A DNA stretch of 64,000 nt, from the NCBI GenBank assembly GCA_900543825.1, contig UQSR01000003.1, forward strand, positions 825-64,824, written 5' to 3'. Positions 8,396-18,159 of this stretch are shown one piece after another. The notes beneath the pieces are model-generated. The model had not been told where the DNA came from. It did not search any database and saw nothing but the letters and a program-made list of their open reading frames with translations. The stretch's first letter is position 1. Each line of letters starts with the position of its first letter. This DNA is from an uncultured Mycoplasmatota bacterium (GTDB taxonomy: Bacteria > Bacillota_I > Bacilli_A > RF39 > UBA660). The translations under genes were made by a program, and so were the position numbers.

Positions 8396-9454
8396 TTATT
8401 TATCATTCTTTTTATCATGATTCCAAATAATATTAGTTTTAAGTACTAATAATATAGTCAAAACCAATAATATAATATATATAATAATACCATATATATT
8501 AGTACCAAGTACTCTATTACCAATAGCATATAATATAGAAGCAATAGCAAATAAAATATCAACTAAATATATAACTAAAACAGTTTTAGTTTGTGATAAT
8601 CTAAGTTTAAGTAACTGATGATGTAAATGATTTTTATCAGGTTCACCTAATGGTTTATGGTTTACTAATCTTCTTAGTATAGCAAATAGTGTATCCATAA
8701 TAGGAATAGCTAATAGTAGCATGGGAATAATAAATGAAGTAAGAGTAATATTCTTAAATCCTAATAATGCTATTACAGCAATAATATAACCTAAAAACAT
8801 ACTACCAGAATCACCCATAAAAATTTTAGCAGGATGAAAATTATGTACTAAAAATCCAAGAGTACTACCAAGCATAATAAATGTTAAAGTAGTATCCAAA
8901 CCACCAGCATTATTAAGAAGCATTGCTATTATTCCTACTGTTAAGAAATATATACTACTTATTCCTGATGCTAGTCCATCTAATCCATCTATTAAATTAA
9001 TACAATTAATAATAGCCACAATAAATAATATAGTTATAGGATAAGAAAGTACCCCAAAATTCAAATACAATCCAAAAGCAGATATATCCTTTAATAATAT
9101 TCCACCATATAAAGGTATAATAGCAGCTCCAGCAATTTGTCCTAATAACTTATATTTAGCAGGTACAGGTTTAATATCATCAAAAATACCAGTAACCAAA
9201 ATAATAAAACTACCAATAAGTACAGCATTCATTTGTATAGAATGTTGACCAAATAACATATAACCAATTAAAAATCCAGCATATATACCAAGGCCACCTA
9301 ATCTAGGTATAGGTACAGTATGAACCTTTCTAGCGTTAGGAATATCCATTGCCCCAATAAATTCAGCCATCTTTTTAACAACAGGTATAAATAAAGCAGT
9401 TATTATAAACGTTGTTAATACAATCAATATTACATCATTAATTTCCATTATCAC
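8396..9454 (-). CDS. tagO: Undecaprenyl-phosphate HexNAc-1-phosphate transferase (MraY/WecA/TagO family, GT4 polyprenyl-P transferase)
   Basis: 352 aa and polytopic. It has the motifs IFDDIKP, NCINLIDGLDGLASG and FMGDSGSMFLGY. Confidence 0.85.
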   Translation of the reverse strand: MIMEINDVILIVLTTFIITALFIPVVKKMAEFIGAMDIPNARKVHTVPIPRLGGLGIYAGFLIGYMLFGQHSIQMNAVLIGSFIILVTGIFDDIKPVPAKYKLLGQIAGAAIIPLYGGILLKDISAFGLYLNFGVLSYPITILFIVAIINCINLIDGLDGLASGISSIYFLTVGIIAMLLNNAGGLDTTLTFIMLGSTLGFLVHNFHPAKIFMGDSGSMFLGYIIAVIALLGFKNITLTSFIIPMLLLAIPIMDTLFAILRRLVNHKPLGEPDKNHLHHQLLKLRLSQTKTVLVIYLVDILFAIASILYAIGNRVLGTNIYGIIIYIILLVLTILLVLKTNIIWNHDKKNDK

Positions 9455-9548
9455 TACAACTCCTTAAATAAACATTACATTTATATTATATAACATATTT
9501 AATATTTTATCAATTATAATTAATTATTATCTAATAAGTATTTTTATA

Positions 9549-9588
9549 TCATAAAAAGATAACACTATTTTTTAACAGTGTTATCTTT
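9549..9588 (-). terminator. Terminator overlapping the stop codon of the LtaS-family gene
   Basis: A 12-bp stem, aaagataacact (9555-9566) with agtgttatcttt (9577-9588), is followed by a T-run on the minus strand. Confidence 0.55.
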
Positions 9589-11361
9589 ATAATAATCAGA
9601 AGATAAAATATCAGAACTATATTCTAATTTATCTTTGTATTCTTTAGTGACTGTTTTAACTTTTTTTCCATCAAAATAAGTATAATCCTTAAATATAACA
9701 TATTCTTCATTAGTATCCAAAGCATCATAACCAGAATATAAATAATTATTCTTAATACCAAACAAATTAATAACTGTGGGTAATATATTTATCGAACTAG
9801 TAATAGTATCAATTTGATTACTATTCATATCATGATCATATATATAAAATATTGTTTTATTAAGTTTTTCAGTTTCATCATCTCTAATAACCAATTTATT
9901 AGGATGATCAGTAAATGCCACTATTATAGTATCATCAAGTAAATTATCATTTTTAAGTTTTTCCAATAATAGTTTAAACATATTATCCGTTTCTCTAGCA
10001 GCACTATATGCACATAATAACTCTTCTTTATCTAATTCTGGATATATAGTTTTTATATCAGACAAATTAGTTTGACATTCAATTTTATTATAAGTATATG
10101 GAGAATGTGGTGAATAAGTTATTATAAAACTCATAAATTTATTATCAGAAATAATTTTATCATAACCATCCTTAATTATATAACTATCCAAATCCAAGTT
10201 ATCATCAGAAATCCCCATATCAACGTAATTATGATATTTCTCATATCCTAAACTTATGTGCATATTCTCCCTATTATATATTCCGCCACCAGATCTATGA
10301 AAAGAATTAACAGTATAACCTTCATTCTTAAATAAATTAGCGATTGAATATGGATAACTATTATTTACATATGCATAATTAGGAGATAACTTATTAATTA
10401 CTGGATACATACCAGTATTAGCAATAAATTCAGTATTAGCAGTATCACCAGTAACATATCCCGGAGAATAATGATTATTAAAATTAAAACCATGTTGCAT
10501 CATCATATACATAGTAGGAGTAACATCCTCATTAACTAACCAATCATCCATACTTTCCATCATAACAAATATAAGATTCTTATCTTTAAAAATACCAGTA
10601 TATTCATTATTATCTTCTTTATAATTCTCATCAATATAATTATTTACAAACAATCTAGCCTCAATACCATTATCTTTTTTGATAAAAGAATTATAGAAAT
10701 CTTTAATTAAATATTCATATATACCACATATTTTAACAAGTCTAGTAGGACTATTCCAATTCTGATAATAATTAGAATCATTACTAATTACATTATTAGA
10801 ATTCCATCCATCATTAACACTATTTAAATTATTATTTATATATATTCTCCTTACTCCAAACAAAACTATTATCATAATAACTAAAATCAAACTTTGTATA
10901 GATTTAAATTTATATGTTCTTTTAGTCCTAGTTTTATATACAAGTAATATCATATCAATAGAAGTAAGTGTAAACAAAATAATCTTTAAATTAATAAATT
11001 TAAAAACAGAATCTATAAATGAAAAACCCTCACCAGAAAGAACCAAATCCTTCCAAGAAAAAACAGAATAAAAATACGAGTACATAAAATAATTAGCAAG
11101 TGATATCAATAATAATAATATATTAAAAGTGCAAGTTATTACTTTTCTGACCTTAGGTTTTAATACATATAAAAATATAAAAAACAATAAAATCCAAACA
11201 ATATTAAATACCACCAAATTATTTATCAAATAATTACTAATATCAAAACTTCTAGTCAATAAATATTGATTAAATGCATCAATAAATAGTAAATATATCC
11301 CTTCATATACAAAAAACATCACAGTTTTAAAATATCTTGTATTTTTAATTTTAATAATCAT
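9565..11361 (-). CDS. LtaS-family membrane phosphotransferase (sulfatase / alkaline-phosphatase fold)
   Basis: 598 aa. About five N-terminal TM helices precede an extracellular domain with VMMESMDDW, GDTANTEF (Thr nucleophile context) and FTDHP. Confidence 0.75.
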   Translation of the reverse strand: MIIKIKNTRYFKTVMFFVYEGIYLLFIDAFNQYLLTRSFDISNYLINNLVVFNIVWILLFFIFLYVLKPKVRKVITCTFNILLLLISLANYFMYSYFYSVFSWKDLVLSGEGFSFIDSVFKFINLKIILFTLTSIDMILLVYKTRTKRTYKFKSIQSLILVIMIIVLFGVRRIYINNNLNSVNDGWNSNNVISNDSNYYQNWNSPTRLVKICGIYEYLIKDFYNSFIKKDNGIEARLFVNNYIDENYKEDNNEYTGIFKDKNLIFVMMESMDDWLVNEDVTPTMYMMMQHGFNFNNHYSPGYVTGDTANTEFIANTGMYPVINKLSPNYAYVNNSYPYSIANLFKNEGYTVNSFHRSGGGIYNRENMHISLGYEKYHNYVDMGISDDNLDLDSYIIKDGYDKIISDNKFMSFIITYSPHSPYTYNKIECQTNLSDIKTIYPELDKEELLCAYSAARETDNMFKLLLEKLKNDNLLDDTIIVAFTDHPNKLVIRDDETEKLNKTIFYIYDHDMNSNQIDTITSSINILPTVINLFGIKNNYLYSGYDALDTNEEYVIFKDYTYFDGKKVKTVTKEYKDKLEYSSDILSSDYYKDNTVKK

Positions 11362-11480
11362 AATTAACTAATCCCCCAAAATAATAATATTAATGATTGT
11401 ATATAGATATTAACCTATATAACACAAATTTACAATAACATATAACTACTTACATAGCAATTAACATTAAAATTTTATAT

Positions 11481-11960
11481 TTAATTATTATCTATAAAAT
11501 CACTAATTAACTTTACCATATGGCTTGTATTACTTTTAAACTTTTTAGGCTTGAATGATTTTATATCCTTTAAAACCTTTCCTAAATCATCATTTTCATA
11601 TAACGGTAAAATATATCCTGCTTTAGAAAAATTTTCAGTTATCTGTAATTGATGATCATTCATATGTTCATCATACTTAGCTAGTCTTGGAGCCACAATC
11701 ACTTTTTTATTATTTTGAAGACCAGTAATAATTGAACCAACACCACCATGAGTAATTAAAATATCACATTCTGATATTAAATCAGAAAACTTTTCTCTAT
11801 CAATCAAATCAAAAATTTCCATATCCTTGCTTTCAAACTTAGTATGTCCTGCCTGAACAATAACTTTATCTTTAATATTTCCTTTATCTATCTCATTCTG
11901 AACTACATCTAATAATCTAGTAAATTGTTTATCTTGAGTTCCCAAAGTAATTAATATCAT
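11481..11960 (-). CDS. PssE/Cps14G-type glycosyltransferase subunit (Alg13-like, GT28 C-terminal domain)
   Basis: It contains ILITLGTQ...ITHGGVGSI...DHQ. The ATG at 11960 overlaps the upstream stop codon (TAATG). The track start at 11972 is a GTG that abuts the GGAGG. Confidence 0.7.
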   Translation of the reverse strand: MILITLGTQDKQFTRLLDVVQNEIDKGNIKDKVIVQAGHTKFESKDMEIFDLIDREKFSDLISECDILITHGGVGSIITGLQNNKKVIVAPRLAKYDEHMNDHQLQITENFSKAGYILPLYENDDLGKVLKDIKSFKPKKFKSNTSHMVKLISDFIDNN

Positions 11961-12445
11961 TAGAAAATCCACCCTCCATATACTGCATTAGGATAAAGCT
12001 CTAGCATTTCTTTCCACTGTACTATAAATAAATCTGCAAACTTATAAACTATACTACCTGTTTTTGATTTTGTTTTCGAATTAGCAAATGTCTCAATAAA
12101 AATAATTTTGCTACCAAATATTTTCCCAATAAGACACATTGGTCCTGCTGTATGAGCACCAGTTGAAACTATATATTTAGGTCTCACTTTTATATAAATA
12201 AATAGTGATTTAAAACAATTAAGTAGCAACTTAAACGGATAAATAAATTTTTTACCCAAAGTAGTATAACTACCATATATTAAATAAGATACTCTATTAG
12301 GATATTTATTCTTTAAACTAAGATTAGACTTTGTTTTTTCAGTTACAATATAATAATCATATTTATCAAACATACTTTTTAATTGAGTTAATTCTTCTAG
12401 ATGCCCTCCAGTTGATGATATAAATAAAACTTTCTTTTTTTTCAT
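11960..12445 (-). CDS. PssD/Cps14F-type glycosyltransferase subunit (Alg14-like membrane-anchoring partner)
   Basis: It contains VLFISSTGGHLEEL...STGAHTAGP...ETFA. The start is taken at the ATG at 12445, which lies 8 nt after a GGAGG. Confidence 0.7.
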   Translation of the reverse strand: MKKKKVLFISSTGGHLEELTQLKSMFDKYDYYIVTEKTKSNLSLKNKYPNRVSYLIYGSYTTLGKKFIYPFKLLLNCFKSLFIYIKVRPKYIVSTGAHTAGPMCLIGKIFGSKIIFIETFANSKTKSKTGSIVYKFADLFIVQWKEMLELYPNAVYGGWIF

Positions 12446-12446
12446 T

Positions 12447-13703
12447 CTAACTACCTCCATTTATATAACTAATAAATTGCTTTTTAGTTGTATAATCAAC
12501 AATTACCAATCTTGGTAACCTAAATTTATCAATTCCAGGTATTACCTTTGTTTTTCCACCAGCCTTTTCTCCCGCAAAAGCCATAGTAAATCCAGCCTCT
12601 TTAAGTACCTTTATACTATATTCATTATACTCATAGAATGGATAACAAAAGACTGTACTCCCATCTAATTTTTCTCGGCTTGTTTTTAAATCAGCTAATA
12701 ATTTATCATGATCCATACACTTAATTTCTCCACCTTGCCCTCCAGGGCATAAGCCACCATTATGAATGTCATCGCCATGAGAATGTACCTCAAAATACTC
12801 AGATTCAAATTGTTCTTTATCAAACCAACTAGTAATTAAAAACAAAGTTGCATTTATTTTATACTCATCAACATATTTTTTTGCCACATCTGCTCGACCG
12901 CCATCATCAAATGTAATAACAACACTTTTCTGAGGTAATTGCAATTTTTTATCAATATACATTTCCAATTCTTTCATAGTTGGTGTAAAAAAGTCATTAT
13001 CTTTTATATAAGAAAAATGTTCTTTTAATTGACTAGCAGAATGACATATAGACTCTTTACAAGTAGAATCATCATCTTCATATGCAAAATGATAATTAAG
13101 TACTGCAATACCACTAGAATTATTCTTATCTGTGTTATGATTATCTACTACTTCTTTTATATCATCTTTATTAACATAGAGTAATCTATTATTATATTCA
13201 ACACCATACTTATCAGTATCTTTTATAATTATAGGAAGAGAAAACTCTTTCTTTAAAGAATATATTAAGTTACCACTTTCATCATAGAAATTAGTAATAT
13301 CATTAGTAACAATATTTTGATTAAAAGGTATATATTCTTTATATCTTTGATCAATATCAGTTAACTTATCTATTTTATCAACATCTATATATTTTATATA
13401 ATATCCATCTATATCTTTAATACTAAAATATTTTGTATCATTATCAATATTTATATTATTTAAAGTAAGTTCTACATCTTTACCTATTTTACCAATTTCT
13501 TCTTCTTTCTCATTATATAATATACTTTCTTTATTTGTTTTAACAAATTCATTATAGTGTTTTTCTATTTCCTTTGTATTATCTAAAATAGGCATAACAC
13601 TATCTTTGCTATAATAGATAAATATTATTACTCCAACTAATATAATTAATAATAAACTAATAATTATTATTATTTTATTATTTTTTCTTTTTTTATTTTT
13701 CAT
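12447..13703 (-). CDS. Membrane-anchored polysaccharide deacetylase (NodB homology domain)
   Basis: An N-terminal TM segment is followed by the NodB motifs VITFDDGG and HSHGDDIH in the C-terminal half. Confidence 0.75.
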   Translation of the reverse strand: MKNKKRKNNKIIIIISLLLIILVGVIIFIYYSKDSVMPILDNTKEIEKHYNEFVKTNKESILYNEKEEEIGKIGKDVELTLNNINIDNDTKYFSIKDIDGYYIKYIDVDKIDKLTDIDQRYKEYIPFNQNIVTNDITNFYDESGNLIYSLKKEFSLPIIIKDTDKYGVEYNNRLLYVNKDDIKEVVDNHNTDKNNSSGIAVLNYHFAYEDDDSTCKESICHSASQLKEHFSYIKDNDFFTPTMKELEMYIDKKLQLPQKSVVITFDDGGRADVAKKYVDEYKINATLFLITSWFDKEQFESEYFEVHSHGDDIHNGGLCPGGQGGEIKCMDHDKLLADLKTSREKLDGSTVFCYPFYEYNEYSIKVLKEAGFTMAFAGEKAGGKTKVIPGIDKFRLPRLVIVDYTTKKQFISYINGGS

Positions 13704-13723
13704 AAGATAATCATAACTCCTTT

Positions 13724-16234
13724 TTATTTATTTAATATTTTTAACCATTTTTCTGTTATTTTTTCCTTTGAAAAATCATAAGCTGTACTCTTTGCCTCTT
13801 TTCCTAACTTAATTCTAAGTTTATCATCTTTAATAACTTTTTCTATTTTATTTATATATTCTTTTTCATTACGATTATTTATTATATAACCATTTTTATT
13901 ATCTTTTATTATATCATCTGTACCACTATCAGTATGATAAGCTATACAAGGTATACCATAACTCATAGCCTCTAATAATACCATTGGTAATCCTTCAGAT
14001 ACAGAAGCCATTAAGAATAAACTTGATTCTAACATATATTTTTCTATTTCTTCTTTATTCTTATAACCAGTCAATATTACTCTATCTTTTAATTCTAACT
14101 CATCTATTAAACTATTAAGATTATTATATTCTTTACCATCACCTATTACATATAATTTCCAATCTTTTTCTTTTAATTTAGAAAAAGCTCTAATAATATC
14201 ATCAATCTTTTTTCCTTCATCTAATCTACTAACAGTAATAATATTTTTATCTTTTAATTTACTTTCTTTGTTTGGTATTTCATATAACATATTAGGCATT
14301 AACGCTACTTTAGTATGATCATTATTTCCTTTCAAGAAATCTTTATAATCTTTTTCTAACGTCTTAGTTAAAGCAAACAAATAATCAATATTATTATATT
14401 TATATTTCAATACATTTATATATTTATTATTATTATTATGATAATGATGTTCCTGTGCTATTTTCACACTATAATTATTTCCATATCTACTAAGTAATAT
14501 GCTAAATTCCCATCTAGTAGATATAACATATTTAGCATCACAATTAATTATATACTTAATAACTTTAATTTTCTTTTTAATTAATATATCTGAAGCTTTT
14601 ATACCTTCTTTTAATGCTTTAATAAATTTATGTTTATGCATAGCATTTAAGAATTCTTCTTTATTAGGTCCACCATCATATAAATATTTAATTTTAATTT
14701 TATCATTAAGTTTATTAGCTTGATTTTTATCTAATTTATAAAACGACATAATTTCAATATCATATTTATCACATAAACTATTAGCAGTATTAATAGTTGA
14801 ACTTTCTATTCCACCATATCCTAAATGAAGAAGTAAGAAAGATATTTTATTGTTATTTATATTAATTTTAAAATTATCATTATTATCACTATATATTAAA
14901 TATACATAATATAAAGCAAAAACTATACTAAGATAAATATTTGCATTAGTTTTTCTTAAAAGTGCTCCAGAGTATTCTCCTCCAAATAATGACAATAATA
15001 TTGTAAATGTTAGCACAATAAATCGTGGTGAGAATAATTTAATAGGTTTTTTAATCAATACCTTTATTCCTAAAATAGCAAATGATAATATAAATATAAT
15101 ATATAAAGCAAACCCTATATATCCGTAATAATAGAATATGGCAGTTATATCATTTTCCAAATCTCTTCCGTAATCTGATATTACTTTATGATTTATTCCA
15201 ACAAGTTTTGTTAAAGTATCACTGTTTTTGAAAACTACTTTACCATAAATTCTCTTAATCAACCTATTATCTCCTAAATTATAAAGGGTAACTTTATCCT
15301 TCATTTCATTATATACAGCATCTTCACCCAAATCATCCATTGCCTCTTCAAAAAGATAACTAGTCCTTAAAATATTTATTGTTTCTTGTTTACTTAAATT
15401 CCCTTTTTCCAACAATTTTATTATAGCTTCATCATTTGACTTTATTGTATTATCAACCTCTTGATGTCTATCAGATGTAAACGAAACGTTATAGATACAA
15501 AGACATCCTACTAAAAAAGCAAGCGTAATTATCACTTTTGTTGGTTTATTTTCCTTTTTAAATATCAAAACATATAACATTACTATTAAACTAAAAATCA
15601 ATGTATAATAGCAAGCTTTAGTACCATTAAAATATAATAAAATAAAGAACATAGCCATTGCAATAAAATATTTATAACTTTCCTTCTTCGAACAAAAATA
15701 TATAAATAATGGTGATATTACTGTTAAAATCATACTCTGAGTATTAGCGGAACTAAACCATCCAGTTATTCCATAGGTAGTATAAGTTTTATTATACGTT
15801 CCTGTTATAATCGATAGAATAACACTAACAAAAATTATTGTATATGAAACTATAATACCCTTTTCAACATTTTTAATTTGATTTGTATTATCTTTTAAAT
15901 AATCAATTAAGCATATTGTTATAATTGGAAATTGCATAACGCTTATCAAATATCTAATATCATCAAAAATTTCCAATCCATTCAATCTATAGGAATTTAA
16001 AACATGCAACATAGAAAATATAACAAATGGAAGCATGTATAGTATATATTTTTTTCTATCTTTTGATTTTAAAAATGTATAAATTATTATAAATAGTAAA
16101 TAAAAGCTCCTAACTGCAAATGATATAATAGTAATTTTTTCATTAAATGTAAAATATGCTATTATATCCAAAACAGGCTGAGTTATTATTATAAAAAATA
16201 GCCAATATTTTTTTATGTATTCTTTAAACTGCAT
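13724..16234 (-). CDS. Fusion protein: O-antigen ligase/polymerase-like polytopic domain plus GT4 (GT-B) glycosyltransferase
   Basis: 836 aa. Residues 1-~455 form at least 10 TM helices in a Wzy_C/O-antigen-ligase-like layout. The C-terminal ~375 aa carry EGLPMVLLEAMSYGIPCIA (the E-x7-E motif). Confidence 0.65.
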   Translation of the reverse strand: MQFKEYIKKYWLFFIIITQPVLDIIAYFTFNEKITIISFAVRSFYLLFIIIYTFLKSKDRKKYILYMLPFVIFSMLHVLNSYRLNGLEIFDDIRYLISVMQFPIITICLIDYLKDNTNQIKNVEKGIIVSYTIIFVSVILSIITGTYNKTYTTYGITGWFSSANTQSMILTVISPLFIYFCSKKESYKYFIAMAMFFILLYFNGTKACYYTLIFSLIVMLYVLIFKKENKPTKVIITLAFLVGCLCIYNVSFTSDRHQEVDNTIKSNDEAIIKLLEKGNLSKQETINILRTSYLFEEAMDDLGEDAVYNEMKDKVTLYNLGDNRLIKRIYGKVVFKNSDTLTKLVGINHKVISDYGRDLENDITAIFYYYGYIGFALYIIFILSFAILGIKVLIKKPIKLFSPRFIVLTFTILLSLFGGEYSGALLRKTNANIYLSIVFALYYVYLIYSDNNDNFKININNNKISFLLLHLGYGGIESSTINTANSLCDKYDIEIMSFYKLDKNQANKLNDKIKIKYLYDGGPNKEEFLNAMHKHKFIKALKEGIKASDILIKKKIKVIKYIINCDAKYVISTRWEFSILLSRYGNNYSVKIAQEHHYHNNNNKYINVLKYKYNNIDYLFALTKTLEKDYKDFLKGNNDHTKVALMPNMLYEIPNKESKLKDKNIITVSRLDEGKKIDDIIRAFSKLKEKDWKLYVIGDGKEYNNLNSLIDELELKDRVILTGYKNKEEIEKYMLESSLFLMASVSEGLPMVLLEAMSYGIPCIAYHTDSGTDDIIKDNKNGYIINNRNEKEYINKIEKVIKDDKLRIKLGKEAKSTAYDFSKEKITEKWLKILNK

Positions 16235-16236
16235 TT

Positions 16237-17202
16237 TTATCTTCCTTTCACTGCAAACAATAATTTTATTAAATTATATCTCTTTCTATTTATTAAATTG
16301 TATATTATTTTTCTGTTTCTAGATAAAGTTTCTATATATTTATTATTTCTAAAATCAGGAAAATTATTATTCATATAATCTATTAATTTGTCTATTACTT
16401 CTATTTTTATATTTTTATCAACTTTAGCATTAATAACTCTTACTATCGTTGATATATATATATGATCAATTGCCAAAAATTCTATTATGTCATAATATTT
16501 CTTATATTTTTTATCTTTCACTATTTCATTAAAAGCATCCAATATTTCTAAATTTCTTATAACATTAGAATTATTCATAGTAGATCCTTCTCTTAATAAA
16601 TAATCATATAGTGGTTCATTAACATATCCTATTTTTTTTGCACCACATATTGCTTTTATAGAAAAATCAAAATCTTCATACCAAACTTTACTTCTAAATT
16701 CTAATTTTTCCACTATACTCTTTTTATATATCTTATTCCATACAGCTTTTTTTCCAAAAAGAGCATTAATTTTATTATCTTGAAATTTTATAAACTCTAA
16801 ATCTACTTTTTTATTTTTATAATCTTCACTAACATTATAATTACCACATATAGCAATATCTAAATTATCACTTATTGCCTTATTATATAATTTTTCATAC
16901 ATTTCTAATTCAACATAGTCATCAGAATCAACATATCCAATATAATCACCATTAGCTTGTTTCAAACCATAGTTTCTAGCAGATCCCTGTCCACCATTTT
17001 CTTTAATAAAAGATTTAACTTTATCAGGATATTTTTTTACATATTTATCTATTATCTTTTGACTATTATCTTTTGTACCATCATTTACAACAATTATTTC
17101 TATATCATTTAATGTTTGGTTTACTAAACTCTCCAAACATTTTGAAATATACTTTTCTACCCCATATACTGGTACTATTATACTAACTTTAAATTTATTC
17201 AT
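16237..17202 (-). CDS. Family 2 glycosyltransferase (paralogue 2)
   Basis: It has the GT-A motifs SIIVPVYGVEKYI, VVNDGTKD, YVDSDD and WYEDFDF. Confidence 0.85.
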   Translation of the reverse strand: MNKFKVSIIVPVYGVEKYISKCLESLVNQTLNDIEIIVVNDGTKDNSQKIIDKYVKKYPDKVKSFIKENGGQGSARNYGLKQANGDYIGYVDSDDYVELEMYEKLYNKAISDNLDIAICGNYNVSEDYKNKKVDLEFIKFQDNKINALFGKKAVWNKIYKKSIVEKLEFRSKVWYEDFDFSIKAICGAKKIGYVNEPLYDYLLREGSTMNNSNVIRNLEILDAFNEIVKDKKYKKYYDIIEFLAIDHIYISTIVRVINAKVDKNIKIEVIDKLIDYMNNNFPDFRNNKYIETLSRNRKIIYNLINRKRYNLIKLLFAVKGR

Positions 17203-17206
17203 TATA

Positions 17207-18157
17207 TCACCCTTTAACTTTACCTTTAATATTCAAAATAATTTTAGATAAATTATACATATTATGATAATTTAACCAAGCTATAATCTTTCTATTTATA
17301 CTTATATTTTTATAAAAGGCTTGTTTTCTATAATCACTTATATTGTCTTTAGAATATTTAATTAATTGTTTAATAACATCTTTTTTATCGGTACTTTTTT
17401 GAACAGCAACTCTATTAATAGTAGTTATAAGTATATGATTAAAAATTAAGTAAGAAACAATATTTTTATCATACTTATTATTTTTCTTCAAATAATCAAT
17501 TATATCATCAATAACAATTATCATATCCAAGTTCTTTTTAGAATTATTATTATTCATTGTAGATTCATGGCCACAATTACAATGATAAAGGCCTTCGCTT
17601 ATATTAGATATCTTATTAGTGTTAAAAAGTATTTTTGTAGTAAAGTCAAAATCCTCATACCATAATTTTGATAAAAACCTAAAATCTTTTATCAATTCTT
17701 TTCTAAATATTTTATTGCAAGCCGATGGAGTCACTTCAAATACACTATTATACTTAGTACAATTATGATATATAGTATAATAGCTATAATGATCAACCAT
17801 ATCACATATTACTATATCACTTTTATCTTTTTTTGCAAGAAAATACATTTTTTCTAAAGTATCCAAATCAAGCCAATCATCACTATCAACAAAAGAAATA
17901 TATTCACCAACAGCCTTTTCTATCCCCATATTTCTAGCGGATCCTTGCCCACCATTTTCCTTAATAAAAGATTTAATTTTATCAGGATATTTTTTTACAT
18001 ATTCATCTATTATTTTTTGACTATTATCTGGACTGCCATCATTAACAACAATAATTTCAATTTCCTTTAAAGTTTGGTTAACTAACGAATTTAAACATTT
18101 ATCTATAAACTTTTCAACATTATATACAGGAACAATGACACTAACCTTTATTTTCAT
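17207..18157 (-). CDS. Family 2 glycosyltransferase (paralogue 1)
   Basis: It has the GT-A motifs SVIVPVYNVEKFI, VVNDGSPD, FVDSDD and WYEDFDF. Confidence 0.85.
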   Translation of the reverse strand: MKIKVSVIVPVYNVEKFIDKCLNSLVNQTLKEIEIIVVNDGSPDNSQKIIDEYVKKYPDKIKSFIKENGGQGSARNMGIEKAVGEYISFVDSDDWLDLDTLEKMYFLAKKDKSDIVICDMVDHYSYYTIYHNCTKYNSVFEVTPSACNKIFRKELIKDFRFLSKLWYEDFDFTTKILFNTNKISNISEGLYHCNCGHESTMNNNNSKKNLDMIIVIDDIIDYLKKNNKYDKNIVSYLIFNHILITTINRVAVQKSTDKKDVIKQLIKYSKDNISDYRKQAFYKNISINRKIIAWLNYHNMYNLSKIILNIKGKVKG

Positions 18158-18159
18158 TT

